Program-made: the position numbers and the translations under genes
Source: an uncultured Planctomycetaceae bacterium
GTDB taxonomy: Bacteria; Planctomycetota; Planctomycetia; Pirellulales; Thermoguttaceae
Length of the DNA stretch: 64,000 bases
Assembly: GCA_963754135.1 (NCBI GenBank)
Contig: CAVWEY010000002.1
Location: 929,043-993,042 of the forward strand
Direction: 5' to 3'
The notes under the pieces: generated by a model
Seen by the model: only the letters and a program-made list of their open reading frames with translations
Database searches by the model: none
Told to the model about the DNA's origin: nothing
Part shown: one piece after another, positions 50,847 to 61,592 of the stretch
How the letters are laid out: every line of letters begins with the position of its first letter
Numbering within the stretch: position 1 is the first letter of the stretch

Positions 50847-51898
50847 ATGCGTTTTCCCCTTTCGCTGACTCGCTCGATGACCGGCTACTTGTTGCGGAAG
50901 CGGCTGGCGGGCGAGAAGCTCTTTCCGCTGGTGCTGATGCTTGAGCCGCTGCACGCCTGCAATCTTTCGTGCTTGGGCTGCGGGCGGATCCGGGAATACG
51001 CCGACACCATGCACCAACGGCTCTCGATCGCCCAATGCCTGGCCGCCGCGGCCGAGTGCGGGGCGCCGTGGTGAGCGTCTGCGGCGGCGAACCGCTCATT
51101 TACCCGGAAATCGAGGTCCTCGTCGAGAGCCTCTTCCTAGAGCGGAAGCACGTCTATCTCTGCACCAACGGGCTGCTGCTGGCGAAGAAAGTGCATTCGC
51201 TCCGCCCCAGCCGCCGGCTTTTCATCAACGTCCACCTCGACGGGATGGAGGCGACGCACGATCGCCTGGTCGGGCGCGACGGCGTGTTCGCCGAGGCGAT
51301 CCGCGGCATTGTGGACGCCAAGATCGCCGGCTTCCAGGTTTGCACCAACACGACCGTCTACCGCGACACCGACATGCACGAGGTCGCCGTGCTGTTCGAG
51401 TATCTCCGCGAACTTGGCGTGGACGGGCTGATGATTTCGCCGGCCTTCGGCTATGAGTCGGTGTGCCAGTCCGATCCCCAGAGCGGGGCGGGAATGTTCA
51501 TGACCCGGCGGGAAGTTCACGAGAAGTTCCGCGGCGCCGAAAGACTCCTGCGGCGGTTCCGGCTGACGGCCTCACCGATCTACCTGGAGTTTCTCCGCGG
51601 CCGGCGGGAGTTGCCTTGCGCCGCCTGGGCGAACCCGACGTACAACGTCCGCGGCTGGCGCGGCCCCTGCTATTTGCTGGGCGACGCCCACTACGAAAGC
51701 TACCGCGAGCTTCTCGAATCGACCGATTGGGGCCGGTTGGGTCCCGGTGATAGCCGGGGGCTAACAGCCCCCGGAACTGATCGCGACCCGCGTTGCGCCC
51801 ACTGCCTGGTGCATTGCGGCTTCGAGCCGGCGGCCGTGCTGCTCGCGCACAAGGGCTTCCGCGACGTGCTGAGGATGGCCGTCTGGCAGATGACGTAG
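50847..51898 (+). CDS. hpnH: hopanoid-associated radical SAM protein HpnH (adenosylhopane synthase), frame change near 51.06 kb
   Basis: LEPLHACNLSCLGCGRI (CxxxCxxC) in ORF 50847..51074. Remainder in ORF 50969..51898 (...ISPAFGYE...CAHCLVHCGFEP). Confidence 0.75.
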
Positions 51899-53275
51899 CA
51901 GGCGTGAGATCAGCCCAAGCACACGGTCCCGGAGACGCGCCCGATCCGCCAACGCGGGATTCCTGCCCACGATCCCCTCGCGGCGGTTATCGTAGCGGTA
52001 GGTCATGTTCAGCCGCCAGATCAAGTAAGCCGGCAACAGTCCAACGCCGAGCGCGGCGCGGATCGTCCGCAGGATGATCCGGTCGAGCCGGTAAAACTCG
52101 CGGTACAGCCAGTCGGCCCCCTCCTGCAACTGCCGGGCGGTCATCCGCGCGGGCCTGATCACCGTGTGGCGGAAGTCGTAGTGGCTCCAGTCGCGGTCGA
52201 CGATCCGGCCCGCCCGCTCGAACTCGTCGTACAACGGGGTGCCCGGCTGGGGAGTCAAAATGGCCAGTTGCAGGGCGTCGATGCGGGCCCGCTGGAGGAA
52301 CCGTAGCGTCCGCTGGAAGACCGTCGCGTCGTCGCCGTCGAGGCCGACGATGATTCCCGCCTGGACGCCGATGCCCGCGGCCCGGATCGCGGCGATCCGC
52401 CGCAGGTAGCCGTTTCCGTCGTTGAAACCCTTGCCGACCGCGTCGAGGTTCTCCTGGCTGATTGTTTCCACGCCGACGAACAGGCCACAGCAGCCGGCGG
52501 CGCGCATGAGCGCGAGCAACTCGCAGTCGTCGGCGATCTTCAGCGAGCACTGGCTGATCCATCGCTTCTTCATCGGCGCCATTGCGCGGAACAGCCGTTT
52601 GGCATACTCGGGATCGGCGATGATGTTGTCGTCGACGAACATGAAATGGCGCGGCGCGGCGCGAAGTTCCTCGATGACGTGCTCCAGCGGCCGGTTGCGA
52701 TGGACGCCGCGGGCGAAGGCCGTGATCGAGCAGAACTTGCACCCGTGGCGGCATCCCCGCCCCGTCTGGACCGCATGGGTGGTGACGTAATGGCGGCTGG
52801 AGCCGGCCATCAGCTCGCGGCGAGGGAGCGGCGTGGCCGAAAGGTCCGGCGGTTGCAGGGCGCGGTAAAACCTGGCCGGCCGGCCGTGCTCGACATCTTC
52901 CAGGACCTTCGGCCATAGCCCCTCGGCCTCGCCGATCACCACGGCATCGAAATGCTCCGCCGCTTCCTCCGGCCGGAACGTGGGGTGAAAGCCCCCGGCC
53001 ACGACGGTCTTGCCGCGGCGGCGGAACTCCGCGGCAATTTGGTACGCCCGCGGCGCCAGCGCCGTCATGAACGACACGCCGACCACGTTGCACGGGGTGT
53101 CGAAATCCAGCGGTTGGACGTTCTCGTCGCACACCGTCACCTCGTGCTGCGGAGGGGTCAGTGCCGCCACTGTCGTCAATGACAACATGCTGAATCTCAG
53201 CATCTTCCGCCTGGGCACGTCGTTCCCCGTTACACGCAAATGCTCTGCCGCCGGCAAGACCAAGAGAATCTTCAC
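51761..53275 (-). CDS. B12-binding radical SAM protein (hopanoid-associated HpnJ/HpnP/HpnR-like; cannot be distinguished here)
   Basis: Cobalamin-binding N-terminal domain then TGRGCRHGCKFCS radical-SAM cluster motif. Start set at GTG (VKILLVLPA). Adjacent to hpnH/shc. Confidence 0.65.
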   Translation of the reverse strand: MKILLVLPAAEHLRVTGNDVPRRKMLRFSMLSLTTVAALTPPQHEVTVCDENVQPLDFDTPCNVVGVSFMTALAPRAYQIAAEFRRRGKTVVAGGFHPTFRPEEAAEHFDAVVIGEAEGLWPKVLEDVEHGRPARFYRALQPPDLSATPLPRRELMAGSSRHYVTTHAVQTGRGCRHGCKFCSITAFARGVHRNRPLEHVIEELRAAPRHFMFVDDNIIADPEYAKRLFRAMAPMKKRWISQCSLKIADDCELLALMRAAGCCGLFVGVETISQENLDAVGKGFNDGNGYLRRIAAIRAAGIGVQAGIIVGLDGDDATVFQRTLRFLQRARIDALQLAILTPQPGTPLYDEFERAGRIVDRDWSHYDFRHTVIRPARMTARQLQEGADWLYREFYRLDRIILRTIRAALGVGLLPAYLIWRLNMTYRYDNRREGIVGRNPALADRARLRDRVLGLISRLLRHLPDGHPQHVAEALVREQHGRRLEAAMHQAVGATRVAISSGGC

Positions 53276-53447
53276 CGTAGTGCTCCTTTGTGAATTGCCT
53301 TGGATTTCGGTCAGCAAGACATAGGCGGGACTCGGAAGAAAATGCAACGGCGGGGCCGGAAAACCGCGGGTATTGCCAACCATTGACAACGGGACTGCGG
53401 TTCTCCACAATGAAAATGCGGGGGTTGGGGCGTTTCAGGGGAGATTC

Positions 53448-55721
53448 TCCATGTTGTCAGTCGCTCGGCGATCCATCTGCTGCCCGCTGATTCTCTCTGC
53501 GATTCTCGCCAACGCCTGGGCCGAGCCGCCGCGGGTGCTGCCAGCCGGCAAACTGCCGCAGGACAAGCGGCTAGGGCCGCTTAAGGACCTCGACGGGTAC
53601 TTTCCGTTCACGCCTTGCGCCACGCGGGAGGCGTGGGAGCATCGCGCAGGCCAACTGCGGCGGCAGGTCCTGCTGGCCGCCGGCCTGTGGCCCATGCCGC
53701 CGGTGACACCCGGCCAACCGGTCATCCACGGCCGCGTGGACCGCGACGGATACACCGTCGAGAAGGTCTACTTCGAGAGCTACCCCGGATTGTTCGTCAC
53801 GGGCAATCTGTATCGTCCCAAGGGCCGCAGCGGCAAGCTGCCCGCCGTGCTCTGCCCGCATGGCCATTGGCCCGAGGGGCGGTTCTACGACGCCGGGCCA
53901 AAGGAAATCCGCAAGCAGATCGTCATGGGGGCGGAGCGGTTCGAGTTTTCCGGGCGGTATCCGTTGCAGGCCCGCTGCGTGCAACTTGCGCGGATGGGCT
54001 GCGTCGTGTTCCATTACGACATGGTCGGCTATGCCGACAGCAAGCAGTTGGACCATCGCGCCGGAATCCGGCCGGAGATGAACGGCCCGCGGCGCTGGGG
54101 CTTCTTCAGTCCGCAGGCCGAGGCCCGGCTGCAAACCGTCTTCGGCCTGCAAACCTACGACTCGATCCGGGCGTTGGATTTCCTCTGCGGGCTGCCGGAT
54201 GTGGACGCGACGCGCATTGCGGTGACGGGGGCCAGCGGCGGCGGCACGCAGACGCTGATACTCTGCGCGGCCGATCCCCGCCCGGCGGTGTCCGTGCCGG
54301 CGGTCATGGTTTCGACAGCCATGCAAGGGGGCTGCCCTTGCGAAAACGCCTGCTACCTGCGGATCGGCACCGGCAACGTCGAGCTGGCCGCCGTCATGGC
54401 GCCCAAGCCGCTCGGGCTGTTGGCCGCCGACGATTGGACCAAGGAGATCGCCACCAAGGGTTTGCCTGAGCTAAAGAAGCTCTACGGCCTGTTCGGCGCC
54501 GAGGAGTTGGTGATGGCCAAGCCGCTTCTGCAATTTCCGCACAACTACAACTACGTCAGCCGCGAGGTGATGTACCACTGGCTCAACAAGCACCTGAAAC
54601 TGGGGCTTGAGGAGCCGATCGTCGAGGAGGACTTCCGTCCGCTTTCGGTGGCGGAGATGAGCGTTTGGGACGCCAAGCATCCGGCGCCGCCCCGCGGCGA
54701 GGAGTTCGAGCGAGCGCTGCTGCAGCGGATGACCGACCAGAGCCGCCGCCAAATCGAGGCCCTTCGGCCGCACGACGGGCCGTCGCTGGCGGAATACCGC
54801 CGCGTCGTGGGTGGGGCCGTCGAGACAATGATCGGCCGCGGACTGCCCGACAAGGCCACGCTAGAGGTCGTACCCCAGGGATGGGCGGATGGCGGCGGTT
54901 CGGAAATGAAGGACTTCCTGCTCCGCAATCGGGCCTTCGGCGAAGAGTTGCCGGCGTTCTGGCAGGCGTTTAGCAATTGGCATTGGAAATCGAACCGGCG
55001 GGTCGTGATCGTTGTGGATCGCTGTGGCAGGGAATTGGTTCTCTCCGCAGAAAACAGGCTCGGCCCAGAGCGCCGAGCGTACCACTCGTTATATGAAAAG
55101 GGCTGTGCCGTCCTCGTCGCCGACCTGTTCGGCCAGGGGAAGTTCATCCCCGACGGCAATCCGCTAACGAAACAGCGCCTCAACAAGTCGAAGGCCTGCC
55201 CGGACAAGGAACAATGGGGCGAATTTGCCGGCTACACCTTCGGCTACAACCCGCCGCTGTTCTGCCAACGGGTGCATGACATTTTGTCGCTGGTGGCCTA
55301 CGCGCACAGCATGGGCGACGGCGATGCCCCGGTCAAGGTCGATGTGGTCGGTTTGGGCGGGGCGGGTCATTGGCTCGCCGCGGCCAGGGCCATCGCCGGC
55401 GGGGCCATCGACCGGGCAGTGATCGACACCGCCGGCTTCCGCTTCGCCAACGTCACCGCAACCGACGATCCCGATTTTCTGCCCGGCGGGGCGAAGTATG
55501 ACGATCTGCCGGGCATGTTGGCCCTGAGCGCCCCGCATCCGCTCTGGCTGGCCGGCGAAGACGCCGCCGCCGTGGCCCTGGTCTCGGCCGCCTACCGTGC
55601 CGCCGGCCGGCCGCAAGCGTTGAACATCTTCCGGGGAAAAGACCGCGACCAAGAGTCCGCGGCCGTCGAGTGGCTGTTGAAAGGACGTGCCCTAGCCCGC
55701 ATTTCTCACCGCCCCTATTGA
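53448..55721 (+). CDS. secreted alpha/beta-hydrolase family protein (acetylxylan-esterase/dienelactone-hydrolase-like N-terminal domain), large
   Basis: Signal peptide MLSVARRSICCPLILSAILANAWA; nucleophile elbow VTGASGGGTQTL (GxSxG). Last 10 codons and stop lie inside the IS1380 terminal repeat. Confidence 0.5.
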   Translation, partial: SMLSVARRSICCPLILSAILANAWAEPPRVLPAGKLPQDKRLGPLKDLDGYFPFTPCATREAWEHRAGQLRRQVLLAAGLWPMPPVTPGQPVIHGRVDRDGYTVEKVYFESYPGLFVTGNLYRPKGRSGKLPAVLCPHGHWPEGRFYDAGPKEIRKQIVMGAERFEFSGRYPLQARCVQLARMGCVVFHYDMVGYADSKQLDHRAGIRPEMNGPRRWGFFSPQAEARLQTVFGLQTYDSIRALDFLCGLPDVDATRIAVTGASGGGTQTLILCAADPRPAVSVPAVMVSTAMQGGCPCENACYLRIGTGNVELAAVMAPKPLGLLAADDWTKEIATKGLPELKKLYGLFGAEELVMAKPLLQFPHNYNYVSREVMYHWLNKHLKLGLEEPIVEEDFRPLSVAEMSVWDAKHPAPPRGEEFERALLQRMTDQSRRQIEALRPHDGPSLAEYRRVVGGAVETMIGRGLPDKATLEVVPQGWADGGGSEMKDFLLRNRAFGEELPAFWQAFSNWHWKSNRRVVIVVDRCGRELVLSAENRLGPERRAYHSLYEKGCAVLVADLFGQGKFIPDGNPLTKQRLNKSKACPDKEQWGEFAGYTFGYNPPLFCQRVHDILSLVAYAHSMGDGDAPVKVDVVGLGGAGHWLAAARAIAGGAIDRAVIDTAGFRFANVTATDDPDFLPGGAKYDDLPGMLALSAPHPLWLAGEDAAAVALVSAAYRAAGRPQALNIFRGKDRDQESAAVEWLLKGRALARISHRPY

Positions 55722-57452
55722 AAAAGGGCGGCCTTCTGTGGCATAAGTTGTTTTGCTGAAACGAACAACGCCACAAGCAAGGAGGCCGCCCAATGTCTAC
55801 AGAGTGTAACGCACGCCCGTTCGATTTCCAAGGGCTCGGCAGCCGGGCCGTCACCGCGCGCTTCGACGGCGGAGCCATCACTTCGGACGCCGGCGGCCTG
55901 CTACTGCGGGAGGTGGAGGCTAAGACCGGCATTCTGCGGCGATTTGCCGCCTGCTTCACCGACTACCGCGACCCCGACCTGGTGGAACACTCGGTCTACG
56001 AGTTGCTGGCCCAGCGGGTGTACGCCTTGGCCCTGGGTTACGAAGACCTCAACGACCACAACACCTTGCGTTACGATCCGCTCTTGGCGGTGTTGGTGGG
56101 CAAGGCCGATCCGGTCGGGCAGGACCGTCGCCGCGTCAAGGATCGAGGCAAGTCGCTGGCGGGCAAGAGCACGCTCAACCGCCTGGAACTGACCCCCGTG
56201 GGGGCCGACGCCTGGAGCCGCTACAAGAAGATCGTCGCCCGACACGGCGACATCGAACCGTTCTTCGTCGAGACGTTTCTGGCGTTGCATCGTGCGCCGC
56301 CGAAGCAGATCGTGCTCGACCTGGACGCCACGGACGATCCGATTCACGGCCATCAACTGGGCCGGTTCTTTCACGGTTACTACGACAACTACTGCTATTT
56401 GCCGCTGTACATCTTCTGCGGCGAACATCTGCTCTGCGCCAAGCTGCGGCCGTCGGACATTGACGGCGCGGCGGGCTCGGTGAAGCAGTTGGCTCAACTG
56501 GTCGAGCGGATTCGCCGCCGCTGGCCCGAGGTGCGGATCGTCGTTCGCGGCGACAGCGGTTTCTGCCGCGAGAACTTGATGCGATGGTGCGAGGAGAACC
56601 GCGTGGATTACGTCCTTGGTTTGGCGAAAAACGCCCGTTTATCACGGATTCTGGGCAAGGAATTGCACGAGGCGAAGGTGCAATTTGAGGCCACGGGCCA
56701 GGCGGCGCGGGTCTTCAAGGAGTTCACCTACCAGACGCGGAAAAGTTGGAGCCGCCCGCGGCGCGTGGTGGGCAAGGCCGAGCACCTAGCCAAGGGGAGC
56801 AACCCGCGGTTCGTGGTGACCTCGCTTCCGGCGGAGGAATTCGATGCCCGCGGGTTGTACGAGGACCTGTACTGTGCCCGCGGCGAAATGGAGAACCGGA
56901 TCAAGGAGCAGCAAATGTGTTTGTTCGCCGACCGCACGAGTTGTGCCACGATGCGCGCGAACCAGTTGCGATTGTGGCTCTCCAGCGTGGCCTACACGCT
57001 GCTTGTGGCCTTGCGGCAGTTCGGACTGCAAGGGACGGAGATGGCGGAGGCGCGTTGCGATACGATCCGGTTGAAGCTGCTCAAGCTCGGGGCGTTGGTG
57101 CGGACGACGGTTCGTCGGGTGTGGATTTCGTTGTCGCAGAGTTGGCCCTATCAGCGCGTCTTTGTCCAGGTTTACGAGAACTTGCAACGGTGGTCGTTGC
57201 CGTTGCCGGCCTCGGGATAACAGTGATCGGCCCTCGAATTGCGATGCGTTCCGGCGGCCGAGGCGCGTGAAGGTTTGCGCGGCCGCCGCTCCCGCCGCTG
57301 CCAAACGGCCTGCCGTCCCTTGCCAACGGCTATCGCAGGTGACCGTCGGGCGCTGATCCGCCTACTCTCGGCCCTCACCCCCCTGTCCGCCCACCCGCCG
57401 CCCTGTCGGCAGCAGCGAAGCCGCGGTGTGGTGAGAAATGCGGGTTAGCCGA
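55691..57452. mobile_element. IS1380-family insertion sequence (about 1.76 kb) with about 20-bp terminal inverted repeats TA(G/A)CCCGCATTTCTCACC
   Basis: Left repeat 55691-55713 and right repeat (reverse complement) 57430-57452. Single transposase ORF plus about 210 bp non-coding at the right end. Confidence 0.6.
55793..57220 (+). CDS. IS1380-family DDE transposase
   Basis: 475 aa, intact. ITSDAGGLLL, VRGDSGFC and YCARGEMENRIKE blocks parallel LTSNAGLFLL / RMDSGYF / YEKRGNAENYIKE of ISEcp1-type transposases. Confidence 0.75.
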   Translation: MSTECNARPFDFQGLGSRAVTARFDGGAITSDAGGLLLREVEAKTGILRRFAACFTDYRDPDLVEHSVYELLAQRVYALALGYEDLNDHNTLRYDPLLAVLVGKADPVGQDRRRVKDRGKSLAGKSTLNRLELTPVGADAWSRYKKIVARHGDIEPFFVETFLALHRAPPKQIVLDLDATDDPIHGHQLGRFFHGYYDNYCYLPLYIFCGEHLLCAKLRPSDIDGAAGSVKQLAQLVERIRRRWPEVRIVVRGDSGFCRENLMRWCEENRVDYVLGLAKNARLSRILGKELHEAKVQFEATGQAARVFKEFTYQTRKSWSRPRRVVGKAEHLAKGSNPRFVVTSLPAEEFDARGLYEDLYCARGEMENRIKEQQMCLFADRTSCATMRANQLRLWLSSVAYTLLVALRQFGLQGTEMAEARCDTIRLKLLKLGALVRTTVRRVWISLSQSWPYQRVFVQVYENLQRWSLPLPASG

Positions 57453-57702
57453 TCTGGGCCAACGGGATGGCTTCGTCGGCCAGCAAGACGGGAATGTCGT
57501 CGAGGACCGGGTAGAGGAGCGTCTTGTCGGCGCGGAGCAGTCCGCCTTCGATGGGCTGCTCGACGGGCCGCCCCGCCTGGTTCCTCACCCGGCCCGCCGC
57601 AATCGCACGGTTCAGCCGCGTGATGAGTTGCTCGCCGGCGATGCTCAGCGGCGTGTGGTCGGTAGGACAGACGAGGATGCCCAACAGCTTCTTGTCGATC
57701 AT
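57445..57702 (-). CDS. Trm112/YcaR (UPF0434) family protein
   Basis: MIDKKLLGILVCPTDHTPL ... LLYPVLDDIPVLLADEAIPL. The stop codon lies inside the IS1380 right terminal repeat. Confidence 0.6.
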   Translation of the reverse strand: MIDKKLLGILVCPTDHTPLSIAGEQLITRLNRAIAAGRVRNQAGRPVEQPIEGGLLRADKTLLYPVLDDIPVLLADEAIPLAQIG

Positions 57703-57703
57703 G

Positions 57704-58102
57704 TCAGGTCGTCGGCGACTGGCTGCGGGAACGGCGGCGGACGGGTTTCGCCGCACTCCAGTCCTTGGTCAGGGTCTCGAAGACCTCCGGCGATTCGTAG
57801 CGGATGACGTTCTTCCCCTCCGGCATGGGACCGACCAGCCCGCGAAACACCGGGAGCCCTCGCAGCCCCAGGTCCGTGCTGCAATCGTCCACGCCCACCT
57901 GGCAATGGCGTTTCAGCAGGGCCTCCTGGTTGTCGTAGTCCCGGATGCGGATCTGGCCGTCGGCCCCCCGGGTGACGACGCGAAAAGTGTCCTTGTCCAT
58001 CGGCGGTGTTCCTTTGATTGCCCCCAGGGCGGTATCGGCTTCCTCAAGTCGTTGGAGCGAAACAATTTCGGCGTGCCGCCACAGCACGGGCATCCCTGCC
58101 AA
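57704..58102 (-). CDS. hypothetical protein
   Basis: 132-aa ORF in the sense frame between Trm112 and the next gene. No family recognised. Confidence 0.3.
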   Translation of the reverse strand: MAGMPVLWRHAEIVSLQRLEEADTALGAIKGTPPMDKDTFRVVTRGADGQIRIRDYDNQEALLKRHCQVGVDDCSTDLGLRGLPVFRGLVGPMPEGKNVIRYESPEVFETLTKDWSAAKPVRRRSRSQSPTT

Positions 58103-58514
58103 CCGGCAGATCTCGCGCCGCAGCCACTCTCGCTACCACGCAATCGCAACGCGACGGCGGCGGGTGGAGAAGTGCCGGTCTTGCCGGCCGTTCGCCGGAA
58201 AACGGCCGTTGCGGGCGTTGCATTGCAAGGCGGCCGGAATGCACCGGACGTACCCGGCGTGCCGTTTGCTCCGCGATTGCCGGCCAAGGCACGCCGCAGT
58301 TCCCTTCGGTTGTACAGGGGTAGAAATGTCCCCTTGGTGGGAGGCTCGGGGCCGTGCGAATGACACGGTTGGGTGGTCCCGATCCCGTTGTTGTCGGCAA
58401 TGAGTGAGGTTGACGCGTGTACTGCGTCTCGGTAGCATCCGCAGTCCCGATTGGCAACGTCGTTGCGCAGAGCGCAACGAGTACGGTGCGGCCCGAAGCA
58501 GAGGTTACACAACG

Positions 58515-59536
58515 ATGTGGCGATGGATTCTCGGCACGCTGTTGATCGTAGGCATCCAGCCGGCCTTGGGCGATGACCGGTACCCCGTCTTGCCGCCGGC
58601 CGGTCCGTCGGCGGGACCGGCATTTGGCCAACCGGGGCTGGGTCCGCCGCAGCCGGCGTCACCTTACGAATCGGCGTGGCCGCCGCCGGGCGGGTCCGCC
58701 CGTGACGCCCACCCCGGCGACCTCGGCCCGACGGTCCCGGCGAGTCCTGTGGCCCCGGCTGCCGCTTTGCCCGCGGATCGTCCGGCGACGGTCTTTGCCG
58801 TGCCTGGTTCAACCTCGCCGACCGGCCGGTCGAATCCACCTGGTACTTCCGGCAGGATGCTTTCTCGTGGAACGAGCGGTCGGGCGGGGTGGATTTCGTC
58901 AACGAGTACGGTCCGCTCTCGACGCTGGGCTACCTGCATCGCAACGGCGCGGAGCGGTTCCGGATCGAGCTCTTCGGCGGCACGATGGCCTACTACGGCG
59001 CGGCGATGTACGACGATGGATCGACGGAACCCTACAACCAATCGAACGGCACCGACTACCTCGGACTGCGCGGCGAATACGATTTGCTGATCGAGCCGGC
59101 CGATTGGTCGCGGGTGCGGTTCGTGCTGGGGATCGGCACGCGATTCTGGTTCCGCAACCTCGAGAACGCCGTCACGCCTTCGGGAGACCCCGTGGCGGGA
59201 TACCAAGAGACCTGGTGGACTTTCTATCCTTACTTGGGCCTGGAGACCAGGGATTCCCCGGAGCCGGGTCCCCAATTCTTCGCCTCGGCGCGGATCGGCG
59301 CCACGCCGCTCACCTACCAGTACGCCACCTACTTCGAGAGCGTGGCGTGGCCCCGATGCGGACTCACCGGCAGGGTCGAGCTTGGGGTGCGGTTCCAGCG
59401 GTTCTCGCTCTCGGCGGTCGCGGAGGCGATGACCTGGGGCGAGTCGGCCATGGTCCAAGACGCCTATGGCGACGGCTCCTTCCAGCCCGCCTCGCGGATG
59501 CTCACCATCGGTGGGCAGATCGGCTATACGTTCTGA
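58515..59536 (+). CDS. secreted protein: signal peptide, Pro-rich linker, C-terminal beta-rich (outer-membrane-like) domain ending GYTF; frame change near 58.88 kb
   Basis: MWRWILGTLLIVGIQPALG in ORF 58404..59090. C-terminal domain in ORF 58889..59536 with alternating hydrophobic pattern and terminal aromatic. Confidence 0.35.
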
Positions 59537-59571
59537 CGGCAACGCGGCGTGTGCCACTGCGGTGCATCTGC

Positions 59572-60135
59572 TCATGCGGCGCGGCGGCCTGCGCCGGCTG
59601 CGGCCAGGGCGTCGATCTCAGGCCGCGGCATGATATGAAGCGTCATCCGACCGTCGTCCAACACCCGTTGGACAAACACCAGCGACCGCTGGTGAAGCAT
59701 GCGGGGGACAAAGAACCAAATCCATGCCAGGGACGGTAAATCGATCTCGGCCGGGACGATCAGCAGATCGACTTTTCCCAACGAGTTCGCCGCTCGCACG
59801 AGCGATTCAGGCGGGTTGCCCGGGCAGAAGCTCACCCGGGCTCCGGTGCTGCGGAGGAGTTGGTGGGCGGCCTTCAGTGTTAAGGCAGGTTGGCAACCTG
59901 CCCCACAGCGCCCCTCGAACGGATCGATGCCGACGTAGAGAATATCCTGCCTCAGGGACGTCAACCTGGCGGCCTGAATCATTCTGAGCGCCCGCCGACC
60001 GTCGCCGATCCCCAGTTCGACGATTTTCCGTGTATGTTGGCGGCGAATTGCCCGGTAAACTGGGCGATCGGCGGCCGGTTTGGAGAAATAGCAGAAATAA
60101 GACAGCCGCAGTTGACTGAGTATGGACAACGTCAC
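59572..60135 (-). CDS. hypothetical protein (weak resemblance to a small SAM-dependent methyltransferase fold)
   Basis: 187 aa; IVELGIGDGR and LLIVPAEID segments. Low-confidence assignment. Confidence 0.3.
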   Translation of the reverse strand: MTLSILSQLRLSYFCYFSKPAADRPVYRAIRRQHTRKIVELGIGDGRRALRMIQAARLTSLRQDILYVGIDPFEGRCGAGCQPALTLKAAHQLLRSTGARVSFCPGNPPESLVRAANSLGKVDLLIVPAEIDLPSLAWIWFFVPRMLHQRSLVFVQRVLDDGRMTLHIMPRPEIDALAAAGAGRRAA

Positions 60136-60156
60136 CCTCCTTTTCTATCCATCAAT

Positions 60157-60181
60157 ATCGGCGACTGGAGTCGCCTCCTAC
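60157..60181. repeat. REP-like element ATCGGCGACTGGAGTCGCCTCCTAC (exact copy of the 37749-37773 element)
   Basis: 25/25 identity to the copy near dxs. Intergenic between divergent genes. Confidence 0.55.
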
Positions 60182-60401
60182 AACTCGCCGGCCAGTAGTG
60201 GGTCGTAGCCCGCTAATTGAGGGGACCGACGGGCATCGGCCTATCCACCCGCCGCCCAATCCGGTATCTTGGGGAGGATCGTGGACCGGGTTGACAACCT
60301 GCCCCATGAAGATGCCATCCGTCAACTACGGTTGAACATCGTCAGGTGGGTTTCGGTACTCTTTGCCTTTCTGCGTGGGAGGCGGGCGGAGGCTATTGGC
60401 G

Positions 60402-61528
60402 ATGAAGTATGCGGCAATCGGCCCTGTGGCAATCCACTTGCCCGAGAAGGTCGAAGACAACGATTTCCTCGGGTCTCAGTTCCCCAAGTGGGACATGGAG
60501 CTGGTCTACGCGAAGACGGGCATCCAGGAGCGGCACATCGCCGCGCCCGACGAGTGCTCCTCCGATCTGGGGGTGGCGGCGGCGGAAAAGCTGTTCGCCG
60601 ACCATCACATCGACCGCGACACGATCGACTTTCTGCTGTTCTGCACGCAGACGCCCGACTACCCTCTGCCTACCACCGCCTGCCTGATGCAGGACCGGCT
60701 GCGGCTGCCCACCTCAATCGGCGCGTTGGATTATAATTTGGGCTGTTCGGGGTTTGTGTACGGGTTGTCGCTGGCCGACGGGCTGATCCGTAGCGGGGCC
60801 GCCCGACGCGTGCTGCTGGTGACGGCCGAAACCTACTCGAAGTTCATCGACCCGACGGACCGCTCGCTGCGGACGATTTTCGGCGACGGGGCGGCGGCGA
60901 CGCTGATCGAGGCCGCCGACCGGCCGTCGTTAGGCTCCTTCGTGTTCGGCACGGACGGCAGCGGCGGCAACATGCTGCTGGTGGCCGAAGGAGGGCGCGG
61001 CCGAAAGAGACGGCCATCCAGTCGCGGAAGCGGCGCCGCTGGCCGAGCAGCCTCTACATGGACGGCCCGGAACTGGTCAAGTTCAGCCTCGACGTGGCCC
61101 CGCCGCTGGTCGATCGGGTCCTGGCCGCCGCCAAGTGGCGCCGCGAGGAAGTGGACCTGTACCTGATTCACCAGGCCACCGTGTTCATGCTCGACCATCT
61201 CCGCGAGCGGCTCGCGCTGGACCACGAGCACACGCCCGAGGCCCTGCGGCACTGCGGCAACACCGTCTCGTCGACGATCCCCATTCTGATCGACGAGCTG
61301 CGCCGGTCGGGCCGGCTGCGGCCGGGCAAGCAGACGGTGATGATCGGTTTCGGGGTCGGACTGTCCTGGGCGGGTTGCGTCTGGACGGAGACCTGGGCCG
61401 CCGAGCAAGTTCAAGCCGTCCAGCAAGGCCCCAAGAAGGCAGAGGCGGCCGCCGAGGAGCCCGTCGCCGCGCCGGACGGCAAGAAGGCCGCGGCCAAGGA
61501 CTCGGACAAATCCCGCGAAGCGGCATAG
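60402..61528 (+). CDS. 3-oxoacyl-ACP synthase III (FabH-like) family protein, frame change near 60.99 kb
   Basis: MKYAAIGPVAIHLPEKV..., active-site region LDYNLGCSGFVYGL (Cys), C-terminal HQATVFMLDH ... CGNTVSSTIP (His/Asn) in ORF 61058..61528. Confidence 0.65.
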
Positions 61529-61592
61529 CGCGGCAATTATTTGTGGTGCAGGCGTCTCGCCTGCCCGTGCAGCCGGGACGGCCGCACCACAA

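Noticed and set aside
57221-57430. Passenger gene inside the IS1380 element (the roughly 210-bp stretch between transposase stop and right terminal repeat)
   Set aside because: Only short GC-frame ORFs (61-69 aa) with no motifs; typical IS1380 elements have a non-coding right end.
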